Assembly: GCF_009914755.1 (NCBI RefSeq)
Contig: NC_060928.1
Source: the human T2T-CHM13v2.0 reference genome, Homo sapiens
DNA length: 64,000 nucleotides
Reading direction: 5' to 3' (one strand)
Shown here: positions 30,381 through 52,807 of the stretch, in pieces
Numbering within the stretch: position 1 is the first letter of the stretch
How the letters are laid out: each line of letters starts with the position of its first letter
Translations under genes and position numbers: made by a program
Notes under the pieces: model-generated
The model's database searches: none
What the model saw: only the letters and a program-made list of their open reading frames with translations
What the model was told of the DNA's origin: nothing

Positions 30381-30615
30381 AATGTCAGTCACTTTTAAAA
30401 GGCATAGAGTCCTTTCTCTTCTCCATTCATTTATTGCTCATTTAACACGTATTTCCTGAGTACCTACTATATGAATATGAATTATTACCTTCTGTCCTCA
30501 TAGAGCTTACACCTTCAAGTCTTTACTAATATTTCACCTTCCCAGAGAGGACTTCCCTAGACACAATTTTTTTAAAAAATTGAGATAAAATTCATGTAAC
30601 ATAAAATTATTTTAA

Positions 30616-30926
<311 letters not shown>

Positions 30927-31133
30927 TTAAAGTGTACAGCTTAGTGGTATGTAGGACATTGACAATGTTATACAACGATCACTTCTAACTAGTTCTAAAA
31001 TGTTTTTTATCACCCCAAAAGAAAACACTCTGTCCCCATTAAGACAGTCGCTTACTCCATTTTAAATCATAACTGCCACACTCTATATCCTCTTTCCCTG
31101 CTTTAATTATTTCTGTGTAGAACTCATCACTAT

Positions 31134-31600
31134 TGTATTAGTTTCCTAGTACTGCCGTATCAAAGTACTAAAAACGAGGTGGCTTAGAACAACAGAAATA
31201 TATCATCTCATAGTTCTGCAGACTACCAGCATGAGATCAAAGCGTTAGCAGGGTTGGTTCCTTCTGAAGGTTTAAGAGAGAATCTGTCCATGCCTCTCTT
31301 CTAGCTTCTGGCTTTGTTGGCAATGTTGGTGTTCCCGGTTTGTAGGCCCGTCACCCTGATCTCTGCCCTCATATTCACATGGCATCTCCCTATGTGCGTG
31401 TATCACTGTGCATAGTTCCCCTTTTTATAAGGATACTAGTCATATTGGATTAGGAGTCCACCCTACTCCATATGATCTCATCTTACCTTAACTAATGAAA
31501 CCTGCAATGACCCTATTTCCGAATAAGGTCACTCTCTTAGGCTCTAAGGGATAAGACTTCTACATAGGTATTTGGAGAGGACACAATTCAACCCATAACA
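31134..31600 (-). mobile_element. MLT1B/C-type MaLR solo LTR
   Basis: tgtattagtttcctag...ggcttagaacaacagaaat...ggacacaattcaacccataaca. Confidence 0.8.
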
Positions 31601-31624
31601 CCATGCAACATGCTATAGTTTTAA

Positions 31625-31929
<305 letters not shown>

Positions 31930-32596
31930 AACATACTATATGTTTAAATTATCATGCTTACTGTTTGTTTTCCCCCAGTTGACAAGAGGGCAGGGATTGT
32001 CAGTCTTCCCAACCTAGCTGAAAAAAAAAAAAGGAATGAATGAACAACCAACAACTGGAACATGAGCTCCTTGAAGACAGGGAATTTGTCAGATTTGGAT
32101 TCTGTTAAATCACCATCATCTACAACAGAGTGTGGCACAGAGTAGTCCCCCAATAAATGTTTGTTGGATGAACCAATGACATTTAGAGTCAGATAGACTA
32201 ATGTTGCCTTTATTGAATAGACTCTATGATAAGCAATGAACATAGCAATCACTTATGGGGAAAAAAAGGACATCTACCTTTCTAAAAATCAGGACATAAG
32301 CACATTTTTACTGCAGGAAATGTTCTATTATCTTTATTCAGGACCGTTAAACATTATGTCAAATGACTAATATGCTAGAAAAACTGGGATTACTACCTTA
32401 ACTCTTTCCTTAAGTTTCCAGAGATGAGATCTGAAATTTACTGCATTTCCCTGGATGAATTATTTTCTTTTTTATTTAAGTTATAAAAGTTATTATATTA
32501 TTATATTATTATAAAACTCTATATTTAAGTTATATAATATCAGTTAGACAATTTTTTGGGTAGTAATTACAAACTTACTTTGTATAGAATAAATAC

Positions 32597-32890
32597 AGTC
32601 AGGTGAGGTGGCTCATGCCTGTAATCCCAGTGTTTGGGGACACTGAGACAGGCAGATCACTTGAGCGCTGGGGTTCCAGAGCAGGTTGGGCAACATGGCA
32701 AAACCCCATCTCTACAAAAAATACAAAGACTAGGCAGGTGTGGTGGTGCATACCTGTAGTCCCGGCTACTTGGGAGGCTGAGGTGGGAGGATCATGTAAA
32801 CTCAGGAGTCAGAGGTTGCATGCAGTGAGCCAAGGTAACGCCACTGCACTCCAACCTGAGCCAGACCCTGTCTCTAAATAAATAAATAAA
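32597..32890 (+). mobile_element. AluJ
   Basis: Diverged dimer with (TAAA)n tail. Confidence 0.88.
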
Positions 32891-33235
32891 TGGAGGTAAG
32901 GTATTTAGTTCACCTGAAGGATAGTATGCTCAAGGAGACAAAATTTTGTCTAAATTCACAAGGACATTTTCAAGAAAAATAAACCATTTGTGCTTGGCAA
33001 CATTGGGGGCCCTTTGATCTAATGTCCGTCTCGTTTAGTCATTCATAACTTGAATTATCTTGAAACACTCCACTGACTAACGTGAACCTGCTAGGAGGTG
33101 CATTCCAGGCCAGAGAATTGTAATTCATGCCCAAGTATTTCCACTGCTTAACTGTGTCATTTCACTTCTCTAAAGCAGTTGAAATCTTGAAATCACTGTA
33201 AAGGTGAGTGTAGTAATGTAATTTGCAAGAAGGAT

Positions 33236-33334
33236 AAGGAGAAGAAGAAGAAAGAAAAAAGAGAAGAAGAGGAAGAGGAAGAAGAAGAAGATGAAGAGAA
33301 GGAGGAGGAGGAGGAGGAGGAAAGACAGAAAGAC
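33236..33334. repeat. (GAA)n/(GAG)n purine tract
   Basis: Seen directly. Confidence 0.9.
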
Positions 33335-33370
33335 AAAATTGAGATTGCCAGATTAAAAAATTTTGTGTGC

Positions 33371-34196
<826 letters not shown>

Positions 34197-34231
34197 TTAT
34201 CCTAGTATTTTATTTTCATAAAAAAGAACTA

Positions 34232-34482
34232 ACGCAGTGGCTTATGCCTGTAATCCCAGCACTTTGGGAGGCTTAAGCGGGTGGATCACTTGAGGTCAGG
34301 AGTTCGAGACCAGCCTGGCCAACATGGTGAAACCCCGTCTTTACTAAAAATAGAAAAATTAGCCGGACGTAGTAGTGCGCACCTGTAATCCCAGCTACTC
34401 AGGAGGCTGAGGCACGAGAATAGCTTGAACTCAGGAAGCGGAGGTTGCAGTGAGCCAAGATCCTGCCACTGCACACCAGCTT
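34232..34482 (+). mobile_element. AluS, ends truncated
   Basis: Dimer lacking the first ~8 nt and the terminal segment and tail. Confidence 0.88.
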
Positions 34483-35181
34483 GAAGCATAGAAAAATTAA
34501 AGTACTGAAGTAGATTAAAATGGGAAAATGTGTTAGAACTTATTGTGTGGGTGTTTTCCTACCATGCCTGGAAAGCTTATTCTTGTTTGGCATTTAATTA
34601 ATTCAGTTCACTAAAAAATAATTGAGTGCTCACATGTATCCAGCACAGTTATGGTTGCTTGGTGTACATCCATGAACAAAAAAGACAAAGATCCCTGTAT
34701 TTGTGGAGCTTCTATTGCATCAGGGAGAGAAAGACAATAAAAATAATAAATAAGAAAATAGTACAGTGTGTTAGAAGGGGGTAAGTGACACTTTGGAAAA
34801 ATAAAGGCAGGGCATGGTAAGGGGGCTCAGGCATCCTGGGCAGTGGGGAGGGTTTGATTTTGTATAAGGTATTTTATTCATTGAGGAGATGACATTTCAA
34901 CAAAAATATAAAGGATGTAAGGGAGTTAGCTAGGTAAATATCCAGGGAAAGAGGAGTTCCTGCAGAGGGACTAGACTTTACAAAGACCTCAGTTTGGGAG
35001 CATGTTTGGTTTGTTTAGAGAACTCAACAAGATGGTCAATGTGGCTGCAGTGGAGTGAATGAGAAGGGGAGCAGGAGAAGATGAGGTCAGAGAGGTGAAA
35101 TAGCGGGCAGATCCTGGAGGCTTTGCAAACTATTCTAAGAAATCGAGTGCCATTGTCAAGTCTTGAACAAAGGAGTAATAA

Positions 35182-35511
<330 letters not shown>

Positions 35512-35756
35512 TAAAAGATCATGCAGTCCTGTGATAAGAATAGTAGACTTTAGAGGGTCAAACATAGAAGTTGGGAAGCTAGAGAAGGGGCTATTACAGC
35601 AGTCCAGACAAAAGCCCAGAGTGGCTCAAACCAGGTATTAATGGAAATAACAATGGAGGTATCAGGAAGTAGCTGGATTCTGGCTATTTATTTTGACATT
35701 AGAGTTGACAGATTTTTTTTTTTTTCTGATGGATTGGATATTAGATGTGGGGATAA

Positions 35757-36316
<560 letters not shown>

Positions 36317-36849
36317 CTATTAGCCATCAAAGTGGCAAGAAAAAGCTTCTGAAAATTTTTGAATGTGAAATTGATAATCCGTTTCCATCAGTGTAGGACA
36401 CCTCAAAACAGCAAAGACTGGACTAGAGAAAATTATATAACTAGAGGCTATTATAACCTGGGCTGGATAGGAAGAGCCTGAACTTGAACTGGCAGTAGAC
36501 GTGGAGATGGGCAGAAGGACAGTGACTATCCTGCAGGCAGAATGTCCAGGACTTAGTGGCTGGTTCGACTTGTTGGGTGAGAAGGAGGTAAAATGCCTGA
36601 TTTATGGGAAGTGGTTAATGACAGTAAAAGAGAAGAGATGAATTTCAGAGGACGTCTTTTTCTCTGTGTTTTTATTTGTATATTTCTTCCTAAATTCTCT
36701 TGTATCCTGGAAATTAAAACAGAAAATTATCATTGTATCTTTTCTATAAAGTCTCAAAGTCAAGGGAGGAAACTGGGAAATACACCCTATCAGATTTAAG
36801 AGAAAAAGACCTCTGATACTGTCTTTCCTCCAATGATTCTTTAAAAAAA

Positions 36850-37590
36850 TCAATTTTAAAAATTGATAAAGAAAATTTGTATATATTTATGGTACAACAT
36901 GATGTTTTGAAATATGCATACATTGTGGAATGGATAAATGGAGCTAATTAACATATACATTACCTTATATAATTATCAATTTTTGTGGTGAGAACACTTA
37001 AAATCTACTTTCAGCAATTATCAAGAATACAGTACATTGTTATTAACTGTAGTCACCATGTTTTTCAATAGGTCTCTTGAACTTATTTCCCCTAACTGAA
37101 ATTTTGTTATCTTTTGACCAATGTCTCTCCAACCTCCTACTCCTTCAACCCCCCAACCCCTGATAACCATCATTCTACTCTCTGCTTCTACGAGTTTGAC
37201 TTTCTTAGATTCCACGCATAAGTGAGACCATGCAGTATTTATCTTTCTGTTCCTGGCTTATTTTATGTAACATCATATCCTCCAGGTTCATCCATGTGGT
37301 TGCAAATGACAAGATTTCTTTCCTTTAAAAGGCTAAATAGTATTTCATTGTGTCTATGTATCACATTTCCTTCATCTACTCATTCATTGATGGACACTTA
37401 TGTTGGTTTTATATCTTGGCTATTGTGAATAAAGTTGCAGTGAACATGAGGGTGCAGATACCTCTGTAACATACTGATTTCATTTCCTTTGGATATATAC
37501 CCAGTAGTGGAATTGCTGGATCGTATGGTACTTCCATTTTTACTTTTTTGAGGGAGCCTGATAATGTTTTTTTATAATGGCTATACTACA
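36850..37590 (-). mobile_element. L1MA-type 3' end
   Basis: gtacaacatgatgttttgaaatatgcatacattgtggaatgg...ggatatatacccagtagtggaattgctggatc. Confidence 0.85.
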
Positions 37591-38224
37591 TGATTTTTAA
37601 AAAATTGCACTTGAGCCATGTATATTTTATTATCACAAGAAATTCACATTGCTTTTTTAAGACTAAGTAACTCATGCTGCTTTTGGAAATGAGTAACATA
37701 GGGAATGCATCTTCTACCAAGAAAGCAGGAAATAGCTCAAGATCAACTCTGTGGAGAAGAAACGGCAACAGAAACTAGTCCACGTTGGCAGTTAGGTATT
37801 TGCCCCTTCAATGCATATATTTGCAAAATACCATCTGCCTTTCTAATTTGCACCTTTCCTGCAATAATTGGTAATGCCAATGTCAGAATATAAGACAGAA
37901 CAAGGGTGACATTCTGCTGACATTTATAGACATTACCCGAGGAAGGGAGCTCTTGTCTTTCAGACACATTTCCAATTTACAAGGTATTTTAAATTGTAAA
38001 TTGTAACCAAAGGTTATCATATTAGTTATTATTCAACACATATTCACATCTACTCTGTGATAGGCACTATTCCAGGATGTAACCAGGCAGAATTTTAATA
38101 TGCATATTTCACTAAGCCAAGGACACTTGGCTGTTGGTGCTTGCTTGATCTTAGTAAATGGTGTCAAGGAAAGGCATTTAAACAATTACATCAGCACTGC
38201 CTCTGGCTGAAAGATATTGTAAGA

Positions 38225-38310
38225 TACCATGGATTACAGGATGCATCCTGATTCTATAAGTTAAAATGTGAACAAAACAGGTACATCTTAAAAACTGATG
38301 AAATAGGTAG
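38225..38310 (+). mobile_element. MER104-like (Tc2) DNA transposon fragment
   Basis: gattacaggatgcatcctgattc...gttaaaatgtgaa...catcttaaaaactgatgaaataggta. Confidence 0.45.
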
Positions 38311-39429
38311 TAGGTAACATTTATTGAGTGCTAACTCTGTGCCTGGCACTGTGCTAAAGGCTTAGCATGCACTGATTTTAGTCTAGAGCATTTGCATTCA
38401 GAATAAAATTTTGTCCAAGCAACAATTTTCCCTAAGAATATGGGAGATGCCTGCTTTACAGTTTTGTAATGAAATCACTGAATCTTACAGTTTGCCTACT
38501 TGCAGCTTAGAAATGCAAGGTTTATTTTCTTTCATAACTTTACTTATTGAGAACCCTTAAATTCTAGGGCCTGAGTTTTCAGCAATAAATTTATTAAATA
38601 ATTGTGTAAATTAAATTCAACCAATGTTTCTTTACTGCTTATTTTATGATAAGAATAATAGTAGATACTTTAAGATTTTGCCAGCAAAATCTTAAAATTC
38701 AGTGGAAGCACTGACATATCACTAGAATCTGTGACACCTATAGGTTGTAAGTATAAGTCACACGTGGGCATAGAAAAGAAAAACAATGGGCATGGGGTTG
38801 GGGAGGGACATCAGAGAAATCTTGACGGAGACAATGGCAGTTGAGTTGGTCATCATGAACAAGCAAGTGGAAAACCTGTGTGATCAAATACCTTTTAAAT
38901 CCAATCAAATATTAGAGGGCCAAAAGCCAAGGGCCATATATATGACATTGGGTACACTTTCTTGAATTGAGAAGTAAACACCAAGGAGCATTCTGCAATA
39001 CAGAAATTAAAGAAACAACTAGCAGCTAACATTGTAGACAGCTACATTGTTCTTGTGAGCCCGTATGAACTAGTCTGAACTTTAATGATCAGGAGTGGAC
39101 ACTTTGCGGATTTCTTTCAACTCGGAAGAAGGAAGAGAAGAGGCAATTGCTCAGACTACCAGACAAAAGCCAAGTTGGCCCCTGAGTGGTCCTGAATAAG
39201 GTCAAACTTCAACTTTCTCAGAAGCCATAGAACAATATTTTAGACATGATTTCTGATTAAAATCTATGCAATTCTAGACTCCACTGAAAATTCCGTACCA
39301 TTCTGTAAAGTATAAATATGTTTTATTAACATCAATTCTGTTTGTATAAGTTCCTCTGATCAGAAAAAGCGGAAGATAATTTTTTTCTAAGGTCCAGAGA
39401 CCCTCAGTAGGGTTTAAAAATCTTAAATT

Positions 39430-40162
39430 AAAAAAAAAATTAAAATAAGTATAGATTCACAGAAAGTTTCAAAAATAGTACAGATGGGTCTTATGTACCC
39501 TTCACTTATTTCTCCCAATGGTTCTATCTTACATGATTATAGTATAATATCAAAACCAGAAACATGGCGTTGGTACAAATGTATTATGTAGCTCCATGTC
39601 ATTTTATTACATGTGAGGATTTGTATAACCAACATCAAAGTCAAATTCCATCCCACACAGGTGTCCCCTGTGCCTTTATAGTGAAACTCACCCCACTATC
39701 CACCAGTATCCCTAACACCTGGAAACCACTATTTTTCATCCCTACAATTTTGTCATACAGAGAATGTTATATGAATGGAGTCATACAGCATATGACCTTC
39801 TAAGACGGAGCTTTCCACTGAGCACAATATCCTCTTGATCCATTGAAGTCATTGCATGTATCAGTCAATAGTTTGTATCTTTTTATTTTGAGTAGTTTTC
39901 CATAGTATGGTTGTACCAATATTTGTGTTAACATTCATCTATTGAGGGGCATTTTTGTTGTTTTCAGTTTTTAAGTGTTACGAATAAAGCTGCTATGAAC
40001 AATTACTTACAGTTTTTTTTGTGTGTGGGCATCAGTTTTTATTTCTCTGGGGTAAATGCCCAAGAATGCAATTGCTGGGTTGTATGGCAAGTGCATGCTT
40101 AGCTTTTGAGAAACTGCCAAATGATCATCCAGAGTAGCTATCTCATTTTATGAGAAATATAT
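39430..40162 (-). mobile_element. Old L1MC-type 3' fragment
   Basis: tagattcacagaaagtttcaaaaatagtacaga...ctggggtaaatgcccaagaatgcaattgctgggttgtatgg. Confidence 0.8.
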
Positions 40163-40186
40163 GCGGAAAGACCATTTTTATTTATT

Positions 40187-40229
<43 letters not shown>

Positions 40230-40432
40230 TTTTACTTTAAGTTTTAGGGTACATGTGCACAACGTGCAGGTTAGTTACATGTGTATACATGTGCCATGTT
40301 GGTGTGCTGCACCCATTAACTCATCATTTAACATTAGGTATATCTCCTAATGCTATCCCTCCCACCTCCCCCACCCCACAACAGGACCCTGTGTGTGATG
40401 TTCCCTTTCTTGTGTCCAAGTGTTCTCATTGT

Positions 40433-44250
<3,818 letters not shown>

Positions 44251-44313
44251 TATGATGTTAGCTGGTTATTTTGCTCGTTAGTTGATGCAGTTTCTTCGCA
44301 GCCTTGATGGTCT

Positions 44314-45329
44314 TTACATTTTGGCATGATTTTGCAGTGGCTGGTACTGGTTGTTCCTTTCCATGTTTAGTGCTTCCTTCAGGAGCTCTTTTAGGGCAGG
44401 CCTGGTGGTGACAAAATCTCTCAGCATTTGCTTGTCTGTAAAGTATTTTATTTCTCCTTCACTTATGAAGCTTAGTTTGGCTGGATATGAAATTCTGGGT
44501 TGAAAATTCTTTTCTCTAAGAATATTGAATATTGGCCCCCACTCTCTTCTGGCTTGTAGAGTTTCTGCCGAGAGATCAGCTGTTAGTCTGATGGGCTTCC
44601 CTTTGTGGGTAACCCAACCTTTCTCTCTGGCTGCCCTTAACATTTTTTCCTTCATTTCAACTTTGGTGAATCTGACAATTATGTGTCTTGGAGTTGCTCT
44701 TCTCGAGGAGTATTTTGTGGTGTTCTCTGTATTTCCTGAATTTGAATGTTGGCCTGCCTTGCTAGATTGGGGAAGTTCTCCTGGATAATATCCTGCAGAG
44801 TGTTTTCCAACTTGGTTCCACTCTCCCCATCACTTTCAGGTACACCAATCAGATGTAGATTTGTTCTTTTCACATAGTCCCATATTTCTTGGAGGCTGTG
44901 TTCATTTCTTTGTATTCTTTTTTCTCTAAACTTCTCTTCTCGCTTCATTTCATTCTTTTGATCTTCCATCACTGATACCCTTTCTTCCAGTTGGTTGAGT
45001 CGGCTACTGAGGCTTGTGCATTCATCACATAGTTCTCGTTCTGTGGTTTTCAAATCCATCAGGTCCTTTAAGGACTTCTCTGCATTGGTTATTCTAGTTA
45101 GCCATTTGTCTAATTTTTTTTCAAGGTTTTTAACTTCTTTGCCATGGGTTTGAACTTCTTCCTTTAGCTCAGAGTAGTTTGATCTTCTGAAGCCTTCTTC
45201 TCTCAACTCGTCAAAGTCATTCTCCATCCAGCTTTGTTCCATTGCTGGTGAGGAGCTGTGTTCCTTTGGAGGAGGAGAGGTGCTCTGATTTTCAGAGTTT
45301 CCAGTTTTTCTGCTCTGTTTTTTCCCCAT
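44314..45329 (-). pseudogene. L1 ORF1p, frameshifted
   Basis: MGKKQSRKTGNS... (ORF 44679..45335) and ...REKG...YPAKLS...LQNHAKM (ORF 44314..44655) lie in different frames; shift near 44713. Confidence 0.93.
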
Positions 45330-45899
45330 CTTCATGGTTTTATCTACCTTTGGTCTTTGATGATGGTGAAGTACAGATGGAGTTTTGGTGTGGATGTCCT
45401 TTCTGTTTGTTAGTTTTCCTTCTAACAGAGAGGACCCTCAGCTGCAGGTCTGTTGGAGTTTGCTGGAGGTCCACTCCAGACCCTGTTTGCCTGGGTATTA
45501 ACAGTGGAGGCTGCAGAACAGCGGATATTGGTGAACAGCAAATATTGCTGCCTGATCGTTCCTCTGGAAGTTTTGTCTCAGAGGAGTATCTGGCCATGTG
45601 AGGTGTCAGTTTGCCCCTACTGGGGGATGCCTCCCAGTTAGGCTACTTAGGAGTCAGGGACCCACTTGAAGAGGCAGTCTGTCCATTCTCAGATCTGCAG
45701 CTGCATGCTGGGAGAACCACTACTCTCTTCAAAGCTGTCAGACAGGGACATTTAAGTCTGCAGAGGTTTCTGCTGCCTTTTGTTTGGCTATGCCCTGCCC
45801 CCAGAGGTGGAGTCTACAGAGGCAGGCAGGCAGAGCTGTGGTGGGCTCCACCAAGTTCGAGCTTCCTGGCCACTTTGTTTACCTACTCAAGCCTCGGCA

Positions 45900-46163
45900 A
45901 TGGCAGGTGCCCCTTCCCCAGCCTTGCTGCCGCCTTGCAGTTTGATCTCAGACTGCTGTGCTAGTAATGAGCGAGGCTCCGTGGGCATAGGACCCTCTCA
46001 GCCATGTGCAGGATATAATCACCTGGTGTGCCATTTGCTAAGACCGTTGGAAAAGTGCAGTATTAGGGTGGGAGTGACCCGATTTTCCAGGTGCCATCCG
46101 TCACCCCTTTCTTGGACTTGGAAAGGGAATTCCCTGAACCCTTGTGCTTCCCAGGTGAGGTGA
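45900..46163 (+). CDS. L1 antisense ORF0 homologue, open (87 aa)
   Basis: MAGAPSPALLPPCSLISDCCASNERGSVGIGPSQP...IRVGVTRFSRC matches recalled primate L1 ORF0; ATG context GCAATGG. Expression unknown. Confidence 0.6.
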   Translation: MAGAPSPALLPPCSLISDCCASNERGSVGIGPSQPCAGYNHLVCHLLRPLEKCSIRVGVTRFSRCHPSPLSWTWKGNSLNPCASQVR

Positions 46164-47032
46164 TGCCTCGCCCTGCTTTGGCTCATGCTGGTGCACTGCA
46201 CCCACTGTCCTGCACCCACTTTCCGACACTCCCCAGTGAGATGAACCTGGTACCTCAGTTGGAAATGCAGAAATCACCCGTCTTCTGTGTCGCTCACACT
46301 GGGAGCTGTAGACTGGAGCTGTTCCTGTTCAGCCATCTTGGCTCCACCCCGAGGAAGGACCATTTTTAAAAAGGTCATCTCTACTTAACGTTCCCTTTTA
46401 AGCTGGAAAGGACTGTAATACCATGTTCCTGAAACAACTGACTGGCTTTTTCCCCTAGTTGGTTGCCAAATCATTCTCTTTCCTGTTTTGTTTTCCTCCC
46501 TGGTGCAATTGGGCTTATTCCTAATACATGGTGGAAAAAAAAAAAAAGACAAATCACTTCCAGAAGCGACATTCTTAGCTTTATGTTCATCAGGCAAAGG
46601 TGAATAAGTTGTCTTAAGCAAAAAGACAGTGCTCTGATAAAACCAGCCTAGAGGGCTTCCAAATCTCAATCTCCTAACCTCCACCTTCTCAGTGTCTTCC
46701 TGCAGTACATCTCTCCACATCTAAGACAAACATAGGTTTGTTATTTGGTACTTCTATTTGTGTTGGGTTGTTTTAAACACTATCTCAAATGATGGAAAGG
46801 CTCCAACCCATTTGCTTTAACACATACTCCCAGCTCCTGACTTCTGCCAAGTACCATCTTCTCACGGAGATTGGGTCATGGCTTACTTCACTTTGTCCAG
46901 GTCTCAGTACAAATGGTATCTTGTCTGATAGGACTTCTATGACTGCCCCACCCCAAAATCATTCTCTGTGCTCTTACTGGTTTTATTTTTCCTCAAAATG
47001 TTGATGGCTGTTGTGAAAGCTGGGTCCTTTTC

Positions 47033-49737
<2,705 letters not shown>

Positions 49738-51924
49738 TTGTCTTCTTAGTTTAAAAGAATTTAAATAGGAGACACACAGCAAATGAGATGCAGCATAGAG
49801 CAATTTCTTGCAAAGGAGAAAGAATACTCCAAAAGTTAGTTGTAGAATAGGCAGCGTGCTCTGAGAGAGAGGATTCCAGGCAGGCTGCTCGTGAGGATGA
49901 CAGCATTGACTGTTACTGGGTAAATGCTGTTTATGGGAGTATTACATGATATTCCTAAGAGGGTGGGAGGAAGCGTAACTAGTAAGCATGTTCTGGGTAG
50001 CCCTCTGGGTGCACATTCGCAGTAGCTGTACATGCTTGTTCTAATGACCAAAGGGTCAATTTGAGGACAGGCAAAATCAAAATACACTTGCTCTCTATGG
50101 AAGAAATGCCCTACTGGAGATAGCTGTACTTGAAGGAGTTTGGCTATGATGCAAATCCTGGGGCTTATTGTTTTGACAGTGCAGTGGCCACACTTCTCAT
50201 ATCCTGAGAACATGGTTACTTCCTTGACTACCTATCCTGCCTCAAGAGTGCATATCATCACCTGACACAGTATATGTCTGTTTGTTGTATTAGTGATCTC
50301 GCCTTGTTAGAATATAATCTACCCGAGGGCAGGGATTCTTGTGGTTCACTGTTATTTCCAAAGACCTGAGACAGTTCCTGGCACATCATAGACACTCAAT
50401 AAACAGGTGATGAATAAATAAATCAACAGAGATTTTACCATGTTTTTTTTTAAACTGATCTAGTTTATCACTCTCTTATCTCTACAATTTATCTTTCACT
50501 CAAAGAACTAAAGTTATCTTCCAAAAACACAGAATGAATCAGCTCACTCTCCTCAAGACTCTTAAATGGTCCTTCATTACTTGTTGAGAAAAGCCCAGAC
50601 TTGTTTAGTGGAGCAATTAAACTCCCCACAATTTATCTGCCAGAAGACTTTCTGGAACCATGTATGGTTTTTTTGCCCTCCAACTTACAGTCTTATTGGT
50701 CCATTTATTTTTTTCTCATCATGCCACACATTTTTGTGTCAGGTAATTTTAGTCTTTTGGCCTTGTTCTTACTATCAGCCAACTTCATAGTTGAAGTCCA
50801 GAGTTGGTTGTTGTTGTTGTTGTTGTTTTTTATCTATTTAGGTAGGAGTTACAATTTTTATTTGCTTTGTGACAGCATTATTTTCTGACACATTTTCTTC
50901 ATATTCTTTTAAAGAGTTTCTTTTTTAAACCCATGTTATTCAAGGTTAAACAAATAACGAGTTTCTTTGTTTGGATGTTATGCTTACACTTACTTGAATA
51001 TGTTGTTTTTTTTCCAGACTAGCCATTAGCAAGATTCCTGTGGAGTGAGGGAGTGCCCAGGGTAGTTCTCCAGATTATTCTGCTCAAATTCTTCCTCTTC
51101 TCATGCTGCAGTGATGAATTATTTCTTCAAAACTATGACCCCACTGTGTAGCTCCACCTTTCCTTGTTCTCACAAGAGTGTACAAAATCGTTGAGTCTTC
51201 TGAGCCATGGCTAACAAGAATCCTAGCTACTGCCTTCCACTATATCTTTCCCTTTTTAAAAGGAGCATTTTCTGAGTTTAGTCATCTCAGGCCTTCCTCG
51301 AGCTCTCTCCCTGGTTTTTCCCTCTGCCTTCTCCAGTTATTGCTCGCTATTCCATCTTGGCCTGGCATTTCCCATCATGGCAAGTCTGCATGGTTTCAGG
51401 AGAAAATGTTTGCTGTCAGTCTCTGAGACTGACCACTATCAGGCCCCTCTTTCTCCCATTCTTCCCAATGCTGGGACTGCACCAACGCTGCTTCTTGGGT
51501 CTGCTTTTCAGGTCTCTGATGTTTTGACCACACCTCAATGTCGTTTGGAACTTTGGCATTGTCATTTTTCTGAGGATGTAGTTTGTACCTTTTGTTGTGG
51601 TTGATAGTGTTGTCATCCTCATCGCTCTATCTGATTTCCAGAAGTGAGAAGATTCAAAACTATGCTGTTGCCATTTTCCTACCCAATTTATCCAATTGAA
51701 AGGACAATGCTTGAGTTTAAGATTCACGTCCTTCTTACTAATTTGGGGTTAATTTGTCCTTTCTCATGTCAAATGAAGATGGATAGGAAGACCTTTTTTT
51801 GGTGTTTTTTAATGCTCTGATTTAGACAAACAAAACCTAACAACTTTGTACTTGTCTCCGAATTTTTTTGAAATGTTATTGGTCTATGAAAGAATAAAGT
51901 CCAGAAACTACTGATATGTATTTG

Positions 51925-51993
51925 TGTATTTATCTATCATCTATCTCTCTCTCTGTGTCTATGTATCTCATCTTCTATCTCCATTATCTACTG

Positions 51994-52024
<31 letters not shown>

Positions 52025-52035
52025 ATCTGTCTATT
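51925..52035. repeat. (TCTA)n/TATC tetranucleotide STR with degenerate flanks
   Basis: tctatctatctatctatctatctatctatc at ~51995-52024. Confidence 0.9.
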
Positions 52036-52487
52036 CTGTGTACTTCAACATATATATACTATGGTCTAAGCACTCATCCAAGATGCAAAAGGAATATAGA
52101 AATTAAAAACAGCCATGGCTGTTAAGGAACTCAAAAGCTAGAGGGATCATAGAAATGCAATTGATCAACTTAGCGTGTAAGAGAGGGACCAGATCTATGC
52201 AACATGCTGCAGCAAAAGAGAGACAGGAGCTATGCTCACTAGATAAATTCGACATTTGAGAAAGCTGCATGGAGCCAATACTAATAATTTGGACTTTGGC
52301 TATTTGGTGGCTGAAATGGAAACAAAACAAAAAGACAAAACCACATTAATATGAAAGTATGTGGCATGTTTAGAAAAAGAAAGTGAACCAGAGAGGCTGG
52401 ACAGGAAGGTGGAGGAAAAAAAATCACACATAGTGCCAGAAAGATAAATTTTGGACAGTTTAATTGCATTCTAAACAATTCTGGGAA

Positions 52488-52807
<320 letters not shown>

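Noticed and set aside
50430-51900. Possible unique exon-containing region
   Set aside because: No ORF or splice structure that I can support; may be highly decayed L1 or unique non-coding DNA.
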